A stretch of DNA of 64,000 nucleotides, from NCBI GenBank assembly GCA_951406725.2, contig OX597838.1, forward strand, positions 22,258,001-22,322,000, given 5' to 3'. Below are positions 26,209-39,192 of the stretch, in pieces. This DNA is from Octopus vulgaris (Eukaryota). Below the pieces are notes generated by a model. That model did not search any database, was not told where the DNA came from, and saw only the letters and a list, made by a program, of their open reading frames with translations. Position 1 is the first letter of the stretch. Every line of letters starts with the position of its first letter. A program made the position numbers and the translations under genes.

Positions 26209-26252
<44 letters not shown>

Positions 26253-26422
26253 TCATAAATATATATATATATTCATAAATACACATATGTATATAAATAT
26301 ATATATACACATACATATATATATATAGACACACCTATATGTGAGTACGTGTATATATATACTCATATAGGCGTATATATATGTACACACACACACATAT
26401 ATATATATATATACGTACATAC

Positions 26423-26496
<74 letters not shown>

Positions 26497-26626
26497 TTCT
26501 AAGCAAATTTGCAAGTATACATTTAAACAAGACGTCGCCCCTTTCACTGTGTTTGTCTCCTTTTGGCGTTTGCCGGTCTTTGCAAATCATTCCGGTAATG
26601 TTCTTCTTTGCTTCTTTGTCTGCTAC

Positions 26627-26648
26627 GTTTCTATGGCAACGTGACGTA
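26627..26648. promoter_or_regulatory. Candidate RFX X-box with adjacent CRE-like site
   Basis: GTTTCTATGGCAAC fits the X-box palindrome GTTNCCATGGNAAC with one mismatch, followed directly by GTGACGTA; lies in unique sequence. Confidence 0.4.
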
Positions 26649-26879
26649 TTGAAGATTTCTAAATCAACGGAGAATTTAAACAAACTTGTCAGACAAATAT
26701 AGGCCTTTTTGCTTGTTTGTTTGTCTTCCTGTTACTGGTTGCCATTTTGTATATTTTGCTGTATTTATCTCCCGTCAGGAAATTTAATTAGAAATATTTA
26801 ATTACGTTTAAAATCTCATCTAAGTTAACATATAATTCTGGAAGCTATAACGTCAAATAACTTTGGGACGTGTCAAACG

Positions 26880-26922
<43 letters not shown>

Positions 26923-27095
26923 TCTTCCTACCTGGTTGTACGTGCAGCTAGAAATAGCAACTAAAACTTCCCTCACGTGCACACATACTTCTCTTAACAC
27001 GGCCGTCTCCTCTTGGGGATGAATAGCCGTTGGGTGACAGATGTATGATGTAGTACGCTTTGTGTGTCTGTGAGTGTGTGTGTGCGCGAGCATTT

Positions 27096-27140
<45 letters not shown>

Positions 27141-27189
27141 TGATGAGCGTAAGCTTGTTTAATCTTACTTCGATCCTAAAATGCTACAT

Positions 27190-28020
27190 CTTATGGGATT
27201 GCAAAGGACCTAGATGGTTTAACTCTTGAGATGGATCTTAAGGAAAAAGTTTAGTAGTCAGTGACAGTAGCATTAATGACAATCTGATACGACATGTTCC
27301 TGGTGTGCAGGAGTGCAAAAACAACCATCTTGGCTGAAATTACAGTGTGCTGGAAGGACAGACTCGATATTTCTCCCTAACTGAAGCAAACCAAATATCA
27401 GATCGCTGTAGACGCGGCTCTTGTCATGATATGACACGGGGCGGCGAGCTGGCAGAATCGTTAGCACGCCGGGCGAAATGCGTAGCCGTATTTCGTCTGC
27501 CGTGACGTTCTGAGTCCAAATTCCGCCGAGGTCTACTTTGCCTTTCATCCTTTCGGGGTCGATAAATTAAGTACCAGTTACACACTGGGGTCGATATAAT
27601 CGACTATATCCGTTTGTATGTCCTTGTTTGTCCCCTCTGTGTTTAGCCCCTTGTGGGTAGTAAAGAAATAGGTATTTCGTCTGCTGTTACGTTCTGAGTT
27701 CAAATTCCGCCGAGGTCTGCTTAGCCTTTCATCCTTTCGGGGTCGATAAATTAAGTATCAGTTACGCACTGGGGTCGATATAATCGACTTAATCCGTTTG
27801 TCTGTCCTTGTTTGTCCCTTCTATGTTTAGCCCCTTGTGGGCAATAAGGAAACAGATATGACACAGGGCCTGATCCCCTACTGAACATGCCTGCTACGGC
27901 TTGCAGACTTTATCGATGGGATAGTTCCTGCAGACGGTTCTTCTGGAAGCCAAATAACTGAAGAAATCCACCAAGGCGATAAGCACGGCATCTGAAAGCA
28001 GCTCAAGTTGTTGATAGGAG
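27190..28020 (+). pseudogene. Decayed HERO-like (RLE) non-LTR retrotransposon C-terminus, split by SINE B
   Basis: With the SINE removed: DMFLVCRSAKTTILAEITVCWKDRL..LKQTKYQ..PTEHACYG..FLQTV..LKKSTKAISTASESSSS, matching the PD..ELTVPWE..K..KY..EVGCRG..AE.SS.W pattern. Confidence 0.65.
27440..27853 (+). mobile_element. SINE family B dimer with TSD
   Basis: Head + 2x(body + tail i); TSD GATATGACAC at 27428-27437 and 27855-27864. Confidence 0.93.
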
Positions 28021-28459
28021 GCCATGATAGGAGCCTCCTGAAAGCGAAAACTAATTCAGTCCTCGCCTTTCACACTGGCGAAGCGTACAGGCTACGGAGC
28101 GAAACGCTTGTGATCTTGAAATAATGTCTAACGATACAGAAGTGTTTCCAACGTTATGATGACTTCAGATGAAGGGCTTGCAATGGATCTGACTAGTTCC
28201 TAGAGTTTCCATATGGGGCAAAGCATCTTATATGTTCATTTCCCCTTCCATATGTTTTTTGCACATATTTCACACATAAGCAACAGTAATTTTATTTCCA
28301 TCTATACGCCTAAAATATTTTTGGAAAATCGCATTGTCCTGCTTTCCAATTCATCTGCTCGGCTAACCAGCCGGCCCCTTTACATTGTCACTATGCATTT
28401 TGCTTAAGGGGAAATTGAAAGGGGAGACACTTCGTTTACGAAAATACAAACGTAATCTT

Positions 28460-28668
28460 ATCTATTCTAGGCACAAGCTTCGAGATTTTGGAGGAGGAGT
28501 CAAGTCGATTACATCAATTCCAGATTGTAACTGGTACTTAATTTATCGATCCCGAAACGATGAAAGGCAAAATCGACTTTGGCAGAATTTGAACTGAGAT
28601 CGTAGCGACAAACGAAGTACTGCTAAGCTTTTCGCCTCGCGTGTTAACGTTTCTGCCAGTTCGCTGCC
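28460..28668 (-). mobile_element. SINE family B monomer
   Basis: Diverged reverse-complement copy, tail ii. Confidence 0.82.
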
Positions 28669-29164
28669 TTGTAAATACAAACATAATCACAGAGACACGG
28701 ACTAATATAGATACATAGATAGTAAATTACATGCACTCAAACATACATAAATGCATGTATACATACATACATACAAATATATACATATAAAGCTTATATA
28801 CAAACTAATATACATACATACGCACACATGCATACATACAGCACGTACATATATACATACACAAATGCGTGCATACGTACATACATTCATGCCTACATAC
28901 ATACATGCATGCATACATAAATACATACATTTACTCACAAAAGTTTGTATATATGTATGCATGTATGCATTTATGTATGCATGTATGTATAGTACATGTA
29001 TGTCTGTATAGTATGTATGTATGTATTTATGTATGCATGCATGTATGTATGTAGGCATGAATTATGTACGTATGCACGCATTTATGTATACATACTATAC
29101 AGACATACATGTACTATACATGCATGCATACATAAATGCATACATACATACATATATACAAACT

Positions 29165-29292
29165 TTTTGTGAGTAAATGCCTGAGTGACACTCTGGATAA
29201 GCAGGGATTTTCAGAAAAAGAAATCAACCAACTGATTCGCACATCAGAAATCTGTAAGAGGAACGGTAAAACTCTGCAAGACTTTCCTCGGG
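29165..29292 (+). pseudogene. Short RLE-type LINE ORF C-terminal fragment
   Basis: LSDTLDKQGFSEKEINQLIRT then, after a frameshift, GTVKLCKTFLG, resembling the ends of R4-like ORFs. Confidence 0.5.
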
Positions 29293-29447
29293 TACATTAT
29301 ATACATTATTTACATTTGACGAATATTTGTCCTGTTTCTTGTTAACACAACGTCTCGGCTGATATACCCTCCAAAGCTTTGATCAGGGGGAAATTTCGAA
29401 CCTGGGTTCTCATTCCTTATGTATTTTTCGATGTTGTTGTTGTTAAA

Positions 29448-29554
<107 letters not shown>

Positions 29555-29670
29555 AAGCGGCTTGACTCTAAATGCTTTAGGTTCGTTACTCTGGTGCCAG
29601 TCCGGATACTTATTGATCAGACCTCGTACATACGTACATACATACATACATACATACATACATACATACA

Positions 29671-29702
<32 letters not shown>

Positions 29703-30571
29703 GCAGCACTCCGTCGGTTACGTCGATGAAGGTCCCAGCTGATACAGGGAGCCAAGTCAATAATTAATTAGATCTGACGTATTTTAATCTTTATTTGGGG
29801 ATCATTATTAAAGCATTGGGTTGTCAGTTAAATTCGTTCGTTTTTATTTTTTCGTTTTTGTTTTTTTTTTTGTTTTTTTCTTTCCGCTTGGCACTGCATT
29901 GCCATGCGTCTAAAGAGAGACAAAATTTGTTCTAATTTCGAAAACGATAAACGAAACTTGTAGACGTAGAATAGAGCTAAAAAAACCCAGAAAAAGCCAT
30001 GGAACATTACGATAAAAATATTTTTCGTGTTAATTCGAATAACACTGAATAGGATTAAAATAGTGTAGGAAAAACAAAGAACAGAACCATTTAGGAAGTT
30101 GGCCAGAATTGTTTAGTCGGGTGTTCAAGATGGACGTTGTTTGGCAGGGTAGAATGTCAAATGGCAACAAACCAAAAATTCAGGATATTGTCAATGCCAA
30201 TTCCGAAACTGTCTAAAGAATTCTTAAACCTGAAACTGTGATGTAGTGTGGAGGTTTTTTTCTTCCTTCTTTTAATTTTTATTCCAGCTACATTCTTCAA
30301 ATCAGTTATTTTTGTTATGTTTAGCTTTGAATCCGAAAATGGGTTCAGAGATGCTTTTAATGCTTCTTCAGCAGGCATCATTTTTTTCTTTTTCTTTCTC
30401 TTTTTTACCAAAAGTACGGAATCACAAAGGCTACTCATATCAAGAAAACGACGTAACACCACTATTGCTGCGTATCTTAAAGTCCCCGTACCTTAGCGGT
30501 TCGGCAAAACAGATCCGATAAAATAAATACCAGACCTTTAAAAAAAATGGGAGAAGCATTTTCGAGCGAAA

Positions 30572-30650
30572 GAGAAGAAGAAGAAGAAGAAGAAGAAGAA
30601 GAAGAAGAAGAAGAAGAAGAAGAAGAAGAAGAATTGAAGAAGAAGAAGAA

Positions 30651-30681
<31 letters not shown>

Positions 30682-30885
30682 AAGAAGAAGAAGAAGAAGA
30701 AGAAGAAGAAGAAGAAGAAGACGAAGGGAAGAAGAAGAAGAAGAAGAAGAAGAAGAAGAAGAATTGAAGAAGAAGAAGAAGAAGAAGAAGAAGAAGAAGA
30801 AGAAGAAGAAGAAGAAGAAGAAGAAGAAGAAGAAGAAGAAGAAGAAGAAGAAGAAGAAGAAGAAAGAACTGAAGAAGAAGAATAA

Positions 30886-30917
<32 letters not shown>

Positions 30918-31004
30918 AGAAGAAGAAAGAAGAAGAAGAAGAAGAAGAAGAAGAAGAATTGAAGAAGAAGAAGAAGAATAGGAAGAAGAAGAAGAATTGA
31001 AAAA

Positions 31005-31051
<47 letters not shown>

Positions 31052-31262
31052 AGAAGAAGAAGAAGAAAGAAGAAGAAGAGGAGGAGGAGAAGAAGAAGGA
31101 GGAGAAGAAGGAGGAGAAGAAGAAGGAGGAGAAGAAGAAGGAGGAGAAGAAGAAGAAGCAGTAGTAGAAAGAACAGAAGAAGAAGAAGAAGAAAAACAAG
31201 AGGAGGGGGAGAAGAATTGAAAAAAAACAGAAGAAGAAGAAGAAGAAGAAGAAGAAGAAGAA
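30572..31262 (+). repeat. ~690-bp interrupted (GAA)n polypurine tract
   Basis: Direct reading; recurring GAATT and GAAT interruptions. Confidence 0.97.
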
Positions 31263-31914
31263 AAAAGCAGTAGGAGGAACAAACAGGAGGACAACAACAA
31301 CAACAACAACAACAACAAAAGCAATAACAACAACAACATCAAGTTGGGAAAAAGATCATCCTAAACAGGCTGAACACCAACAAGGTGAACGAAGCCAGGG
31401 AAAACAATTTAAAACAAATATCTGTCAAACATGAATTTATCGATTAATATAGATGGCGCGGGGGGGGGGCTTTAAATGGGCGGGGCAGACTGGAACGCGG
31501 AAAGATGGAATTAGTACTAATATGGTTAGGTTCTGGTGAAGAATTGCCAGGAAGCTGAATCTAGCTTCTTTATGCCATCAACTCCGTTTTGCCTTTTCGC
31601 AATCTTTTTGGGTTTTTTTTTCATTTTTTCTTCATTTTTTTCTCGTTCTATTCTATGATTATCTTGTTTGTATTTTTGTTTTTGTTTTTGTTTGTTGTTT
31701 GTTGTTTACTTTTCGTTTTGTTTTTTGTTTTTGAATTTTTTTGTTCTTTGTTTTTGACTTTTTTTTGTCTTTGTTTTTTGTTGTTTTTTTTTCGGATTGA
31801 GCGTTGAACAAAATCGATTTGTTTTACGTCATTTTTCTCTGCTGTAACACATCGCGTTCGTTATAGGACGCGTTGTGCTTGCCGTTTTGTTTCTTGGTGC
31901 TCCTATTGTTTAGT

Positions 31915-32127
31915 GATGGCGATGATGATGACGACGACGACGATGACGACGATGACGATGACGACGAATGCGATGATGGTGATGATGATGATGAGAAGGG
32001 GAAGGAGTAGGAAGAGGAAGAGAAGGAAAATGATGATGATGATCACCATCATGGTCATGATGATCATGGTGATCATGATGCTGATAAGGAGAAGGTGGAG
32101 GAGGAGGAGGAAAAGGATGATGATGAA

Positions 32128-32173
<46 letters not shown>

Positions 32174-32231
32174 ATGATGGTGGTGGTTGTGGTGGTGGTG
32201 GTGGTGATGATGATGATGGTGGTGGTGGTGG

Positions 32232-32275
<44 letters not shown>

Positions 32276-32615
32276 GTGGTGGTCGTGATGATGGTGGTGG
32301 TTGTAGTGGTGGTGGTGGTGGTGATGATGATGATGGTGGTGGTGGTGGTGATGATGATGATGATGATGGGGGTAGTGGTGTTAATGGTTGTGGTAGAGAT
32401 GGTGGTGGTGGTGATGGAGCAGTCGATGAGGATGATGATGACAATGATGACGATGGTGACGATGATGGTGGTGGTGGTGGTAGTAGTAGTGGCGGTAGTG
32501 ACGGTGGTGGTGATAACGATGATGAGGAGCAGAAGGACGACGACGACGACGACAATGATAATAATGAGGGGTGAGTGAGGACGAAGATGAAGATGAAGAT
32601 GAAGCTAATGATGAT
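31915..32615 (+). repeat. Compound (GAT)n/(GGT)n low-complexity tract
   Basis: Direct reading; internal ~114-bp duplication. Confidence 0.93.
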
Positions 32616-33070
32616 GAGACGTAGAAAGAAGTTGAGAAGTAGGAAAAAGGAGGATGGACATAAAGAGAAGAAGAGAATGTTAGCCAAGAACGGAAGAGTA
32701 ACTTGAGATGCAGGGTTCAAGAGGAGAAAGGGCTTTACGACTGGGATAATGCAGGCAGAGATGAATCGGTCCGCGAAACAGCAAACAAGGATTATAGAAT
32801 CAAGTAATGAGACAGATGGGAATGGAAGCAGTTGAAGGAAAGTAATGCATTAATCATCCCGAAGACAGAGATGGAATACAAACAAACCCAATATTGTTAT
32901 CAATGTTATTACTCTTGATGCATTCATCGTTGAAATTTCTGTGAGGATATCTTGAATTTACGGCACGAAGACACCGAAGCATCAGGATTTCGTTTGTAGT
33001 TGAGAATATCTTTATGCATTTTGTCAGTATTACACCTAACTATAGGGTGATTCAAAAGTCGCCTTACATA

Positions 33071-33265
33071 CTCTTTTACTTGTTTCAGTCATTTGACTGC
33101 GGCCATGCTGAAGCACCGCCTTTAGTCGAGCAAATCGACCCCGGGACTTATTCTTTTTTAAGCCCAGTACTTATTCTATCGGTCTTTTTGCCGAACCGCT
33201 AAGTGACGGGGACGTAAAGACACACCAGCATCGGTTGTCAAGCAATGCTAGGGGGACAAACACAG

Positions 33266-33296
<31 letters not shown>

Positions 33297-33481
33297 TTTA
33301 TATACATATATATATATACGACAAGCTTCTTTCAGTTTCCGTCTACCAAATCCACTCACAAGGCATTGGTCGGCCTGGGGCTATAGCAGAAGACACTTGC
33401 CCAAGATGTCACGCAGTGGGATTGAACCCAGAACCATGTGGTTGGTTAGCAAGCTTCTTACCACACAGCCACTCCTGCGCC
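33071..33481 (-). mobile_element. SINE family A flanked by a ~122-bp direct repeat
   Basis: Full-length copy; flanks 32948-33070 and 33482-33603 are near identical. Confidence 0.93.
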
Positions 33482-33671
33482 TATCTTGAATTTACGGCAC
33501 GAAGACACCGAAGCATCAGGATTTCGTTGTAGTTGAGAATATCTTTATGTATTTTGTCAGTATTACACCGAACTATAGGGTGATTCAAAAGTCGCCGTAC
33601 ATAGGAACAATTTATCTTTTTTATAAGAAACAGTTTATAAGAACAGTTTCTTTTTATTATTATTTAATATA

Positions 33672-34085
33672 GGCGTAGGAGTGGCTGTGTGGTAAGTAGC
33701 TTGCTTACCAACCACATGGTTCCGGGTTCAATCCCACTGCGTGGCACCTTGGGCAAGTGTCTTCTACTATAGCCTCGGGCCGACCAAAGCCTTGTGAGTG
33801 GATTTGGTAGACAGAAACTGAAAGAAGCCCGTCGCATATATGTATATATATATGTATGTGCGTGTAAGTTTGTGTGTCTGTGTTTGTCCCCCCCCCCCCC
33901 CCAACCGATGGTGGTGTATTGACAACCGATGCTGGTGTATTTACGTCCCCGTAACGTAGCGGCTCGGCAGAAGAGACCGATAGAATACGTTCTAGGCTTA
34001 CAAAGAATAAGTCCTGGGGTCGATTTGCTCGACTAAAGGCGGTGCTCCAGCATGACCACAGTCAAATGACTGAAACAAGTAAAAC
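33672..34085 (+). mobile_element. SINE family A, full length
   Basis: Near-consensus copy, head-to-head with 33071-33481. Confidence 0.93.
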
Positions 34086-34319
34086 AGTATATATATATAT
34101 ATAGTATAACAGCTCACTACGTGGGGATAATCGAAGTTCTCTACCTCCTCCCTTTTTCTTACTAACACATATATATATATCAAGGTATCGCGATATTAAT
34201 AGCCAATGGTTAGAACTCAATATACATATGCTTTAGAATAATGCGTTAGGCAAGAGCACAACGTAATATAAATTATTGAATAAGAAGGGAACAGGAGTCA
34301 TGTGCTCAACTTTATTACG

Positions 34320-34394
34320 TTACAGCTGTTTCTGCTATAGTTAGCAATATACTTAGATCTGAGTGCTTGTGCAAACATTCTATAGCTTCCTCGG
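34320..34394 (-). ncRNA. Hammerhead-like motif with long stem II loop
   Basis: Minus strand CCGAGGA-A-GCTATAG-(39 nt)-CTATAGC-A-GAAAC-AGCT-GTA, then AATAAA; stem I is weak. Confidence 0.55.
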
Positions 34395-34879
34395 AGCCAT
34401 TAAAAGAAAGCCAATATTTGTTCCGAAAGCATTTAAACGAATCTAAAATTCTTGTAAACAGAAGCGAAACATTTGTGCAAATCGTGTGAAATGCATGTAA
34501 CCGGATGCGAAACGTGTAGAAAACATGCAAATATGCATGAAATATGAGTGCAAATGTGTGCAAACCATGTGAACACATTTCAAACGCGTAAAATATATAT
34601 GTGTGAACCGTTGTACACGGAGTAGAATTTGATCTTTAACTGCCGATGGCCGCACAAAGAAATGGAATCGTTTCTGTTACAGCTACTGGTGTTGTTTCCG
34701 CTGCATCTGTTATTGCAGTTGAACGGAAGGTGTTGCACATTCATTTGGTGCATTTTCTAGCAATTCTTGTAGAAATCTTTAAGTCAATTAGTGCACATTG
34801 TTGCAGAAATGCACCGTATTTCTTCAGCAACAATTTCTCACTTAAATAAAATTAACCACCGTAACTTCCGTTCCAAATG

Positions 34880-35451
34880 CACACACACGCACACACATAC
34901 ACACATACACACACGCAAACACACACTTGCATACATACATACGCGCACACGAACAAACATGCATACACACTTACATATACACACATACATACACATACAC
35001 ACACATACATGTGCGCGAACGCACAATCGTCCACATACACTTACACACACACTTACACACACAAGCACACACATACACACACACACACGCATACACACGC
35101 ACAAGCGCACACACTTATACACATACACAAACACACACGCGCACAAACATGCACACACATACACACAAACACATACACACGCACACACATACGCGCGCAC
35201 GAACAAACATGCACGCACACTTACATACATACGTACACACAAACGCACACATACACGCACACTCACACACACTTACTCCCAACACACACACACACGTTAC
35301 TACACACATAAACACACATACATACACACGCGTGAGCTCACACACACGCACACACGCCCATGCACGCACACACACACGCACACACGTACACACACATACA
35401 TACGCACGCACACACTTAAGCGCACATAAACACACACACACACACACACAC
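34880..35451 (+). repeat. Degenerate (CA)n-rich tract
   Basis: Direct reading. Confidence 0.95.
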
Positions 35452-35854
35452 AGAGTGTGTGTGTGGTTGTTTATTTTAGTAGTTTAAATATTCGTTCTGA
35501 GTGCAAATGTGTATGAGAATGGTCGTTAAAATGGCGGTATGAATTCCCTCATTCTTGTAGTTGGCGCTGGACCGAATACGTCTGTGTGTACACGCATGCG
35601 TTGTTTGAGTCGAGCATGCATAAAGTATGTGTGTGCGTGTATGTGGTGGGGTTGTGTGTGCAAGTGCATTCTGCTTATAGGCGTGTGTGTGTGCGGGCTA
35701 AATTGCGTATGATGGAAATTACCAGCAGTTAAATGGAAATCAAAGAGACCTCACGCATGCAAGAACGACAGGGGAAGCAACTATGAGCCAAAAGTGTATG
35801 ATTGTGTGCGGGAGTGTGTGTCTGTGCGTAAGCGTGTATGTCTGTGTTCGTAAA

Positions 35855-35922
<68 letters not shown>

Positions 35923-36384
35923 ACGAAATTATGAAGTATGTGCATACACGAGTATCTGTAGAGTGATGGAGAAAATAGTGATTTTCTTGCAAGTAGTTCG
36001 GTTCAAACAGACCCAATGAAGGCGGATTCCGAATTTATCCGTCGATAAAGGAAAGAAAATAGTTGTACACTTAAGTTTAATACACTCAGTTGTACAAATA
36101 GTTGTACACTTAAGCGGCCTTGCATATGTGTTACATGTCATATTCTGCGTATATTTCACTGAAGAGGCAATGCATTTCTTATACAAATTCAGAAATCCGG
36201 GATCTGGAATTATCCTATAATTTTTTGCTAGTTCATCTTGTCCATTTGTCTTCTCTCCTGGTGCTGTATGAAGATTTAATGTAGTTTTAGAGTCAAGTTT
36301 TGGCTATTATTTCCAGCGTGAAGGTATCTCTTAGATACCCAAATTTAATGAGTTTAATTTAATAATAATTATATATATTTAATA

Positions 36385-36415
<31 letters not shown>

Positions 36416-37542
36416 CATATCAGTAAATGGTGAGGTTGTGTATAACCGCACGTGGAGAAATGGTAGAAGAGGAAAAAATAATAAGGCAGAATGCTAAATT
36501 GAAAGTAAATTTTAATCAAAATGGGTGTATGAAAAATTAAAAAATTAAATCAAACCAGCTTTCAAAGTAAGATTTGGAAGGGTAAACATTTTTTAAATAG
36601 AGGAAGTGGAAAAAAGAAATTACACCCATTTTATTAAAATTTACTTTCAGTTTAGCATTCTGCCTTATTAATCTTTCCTCTCCTATATATATATATATAT
36701 ATAAAATATTTTTCCACCACGTGGTGCGTTGTAGAGATGAATATAAGGAGGAACATGTACAGAATTTATCATTTTTTTTCTCTAACTATTTATAACATAG
36801 ACAGAAAAAAATTTTGTCTCGATGTTTGTGATTTCGTTGCTCTCTCTGTAAATAGAGATTCGTGCATGCATGTATGTGAGTGTATGTATGTGTCTGTATG
36901 TTGGTGTGTCTGTGCATGCATGCAAATGTACACATCTGTAATATATATGTCTATAAATGCATATGTCTATACACATATATGTTTGGATATATTTTTTCTT
37001 CTCTCTTTCTTTTTTTCTATCTCTCTCTCTCTGTATGTATATATAAGTATATGTATGTATATGCATATGTATATATGTATGTATATACAGATACACATAC
37101 ACACACGAACACACACACACATACATATATTGTATATATCCATCTCCATCTCGTTCCATCTCCCTTTTCCTCATCGCATTTCTTATCGTTTTGTCCATTA
37201 TTTCAATATTTTTTTTCTCTTTTCTACTCATAGTTTCTTCCCTATATAAGCAAACGAAAACTTTGGGCCGTCGGACAATGTAAGAACACATCTATTCCTG
37301 TCAGCCTGATAAAGTGCCACTCCAATGTAATCAACGTCAAATAATGAAATTCTTTACTTGAAATGGCAAAAAAACGGAGTGGTTCCAAAACATTGCAACT
37401 GATAATAAAGATGAGCTACATTAATTCTTGTCTGTCTGGCTGTCTGTCTGTCTGTATGTATGTATGTATGTATGTATGTATGTATGTATGTATGTATGTA
37501 TGTAGGTAGGTAGGTAGGTAGGTAGGTAGGTAGGTATAGTAA

Positions 37543-37958
37543 GGCGGAGAGCTGGTAGAAACGTTAGCACGTCGGGCGAAAAGCTTAGCGGCATTTCGTC
37601 TGCCGTTACGTTGTGAGTTCAAATTCCGCCGAGGTCGACTTTACCTTTCATCCTTTCGGGGTCGATAAATTAAGTACCAGTTACGCACTGGGGTCGATGT
37701 AATCGACTCAATACCCATGTCTGTCCTTGTTTGTCCCCTCTGTGTTTAGCCCCTTGTGGGTAATAAAGAAATAGGTATTTCGCCTGCCGTTACGTTGTGA
37801 GTTCAAATTCCGCCGAGGTCGACTTTACCTTTCATCCTTTTGGGGTCGATAAATTAAGTACCAGTTACGGACTGGGGTCGATGTAATCGACTTAATACCT
37901 ATGTCTGTCCTTGTTTGTCCCCTCTGTGTTTAGCCCCTTGTGGGTAATAAAGAAATAG
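37543..37958 (+). mobile_element. SINE family B dimer
   Basis: Head + two nearly identical body+tail i units; TSD TAGGTATAGT. Confidence 0.93.
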
Positions 37959-37967
37959 GTATAGTTA

Positions 37968-38272
37968 AGGCTCATGGCTCAGTGGTGAGAGCTTCGAGCT
38001 TACGATCGTGAAGTTGTGAGTTCGATTCCCGGGCCCGGCTGCGTGTTGTGTTCTTGAGCAAGACACTTTATATCACGTTGCTCCAGTTAACTCAGCTCTA
38101 GAAATAAGTTGCGACGTCACAGGTGCCAAACTGTATCAGTGGCGTGGAGAGGGGAAGCTGGTATGCATGGGCGAATTACTTGTCTTCCATAACTAAATTT
38201 GCCCCGACTTGTGCCTCGGGGGGTAACTTTCTAGGTGCAATCCCATGATCATTCATGACTGATGGGGGTCTC
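37968..38272 (+). mobile_element. SINE family E (tRNA head, CORE-like domain, distinct tail)
   Basis: TGGCTCAGTGGTGAGAGC / GAGTTCGATTCC; GTTCTTGAGCAAGACACTT..GTTGCTCCAGTTAACTCAGCT shared with family D. Confidence 0.8.
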
Positions 38273-38658
38273 AGTTGTTTGTATGTATGTATGTATGTAT
38301 GTATGTATGTATGTATGTACGTACGTATGTATGTATGTATTTATGTATGTATGTGTGTATGTATGTATGTATGTATGTATGTACGTACGTATGTATATAT
38401 GTATTTATGTATGTATGTATGTATGTATTTATGTACTTGTGCATGTATGTATGTATGCATGTATGTATGTATGTATGTATGTATGTATGTATGTATGTAT
38501 TTATGTATGTATGTATGTATGTATGTACGTACGTACGTACGTATGTATGTATGTATGTATGTGTGTGTGTATGTATGTATGCATGTATGTAAGATCATTA
38601 ACCAGCATACGGTTTTAAATAAGGAAAATATATGCAAAAGCTACATAAAGCTTTCCAG

Positions 38659-38819
38659 AGGCAGGAGTGGCAGTGTGATGAGTAGCTTGCTTATCAACCA
38701 CATGGTTCTGGGTTCAGTCCTACTGCGTGGCACCTTGGGTAAGTGTCTTCTACTATAACCACGGGCCGACTAAATCCTTGTGAATGGATTTGACAGACGA
38801 CGGAAACTAAAAGCACGTC

Positions 38820-38870
<51 letters not shown>

Positions 38871-39192
38871 GAATTGAAGAAATGGAGTTGAACGAAGATT
38901 GAACAGAAATCGTTTTATTTCATTCTACACGTGTTTCGAAAGGCACAATTTACCAAATTCCTTTCGAAACACGTGTAGAATGAAATAAAACGATTTCTGT
39001 TCAATCTTCATTCAACTCCATTTCTTCAATTCACTAATAATATTAAAATTCAATTATCCGCACCAACGCACGGTTGCAACACCATATGGTTGTACCTCCA
39101 ACCGTGCTGTCTTCTGCTGTGATTTTTGCTACCAAGGTATCGGTTAAACTTTTGATTAATCTGCAACAAGATTATTCATCTTTCTATTTCAC

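Noticed and set aside
30289-30470. Strong acceptor-like TTTTATTCCAG followed by an open frame
   Set aside because: The frame runs into poly-T with no good donor, and the peptide is low complexity.
30440-32720. Long ORFs (300, 240, 221, 215 and 159 aa) and a GTGAGT donor-like site at ~32571
   Set aside because: They are translations of GAA, GAT and GGT microsatellites, open in several frames on both strands.
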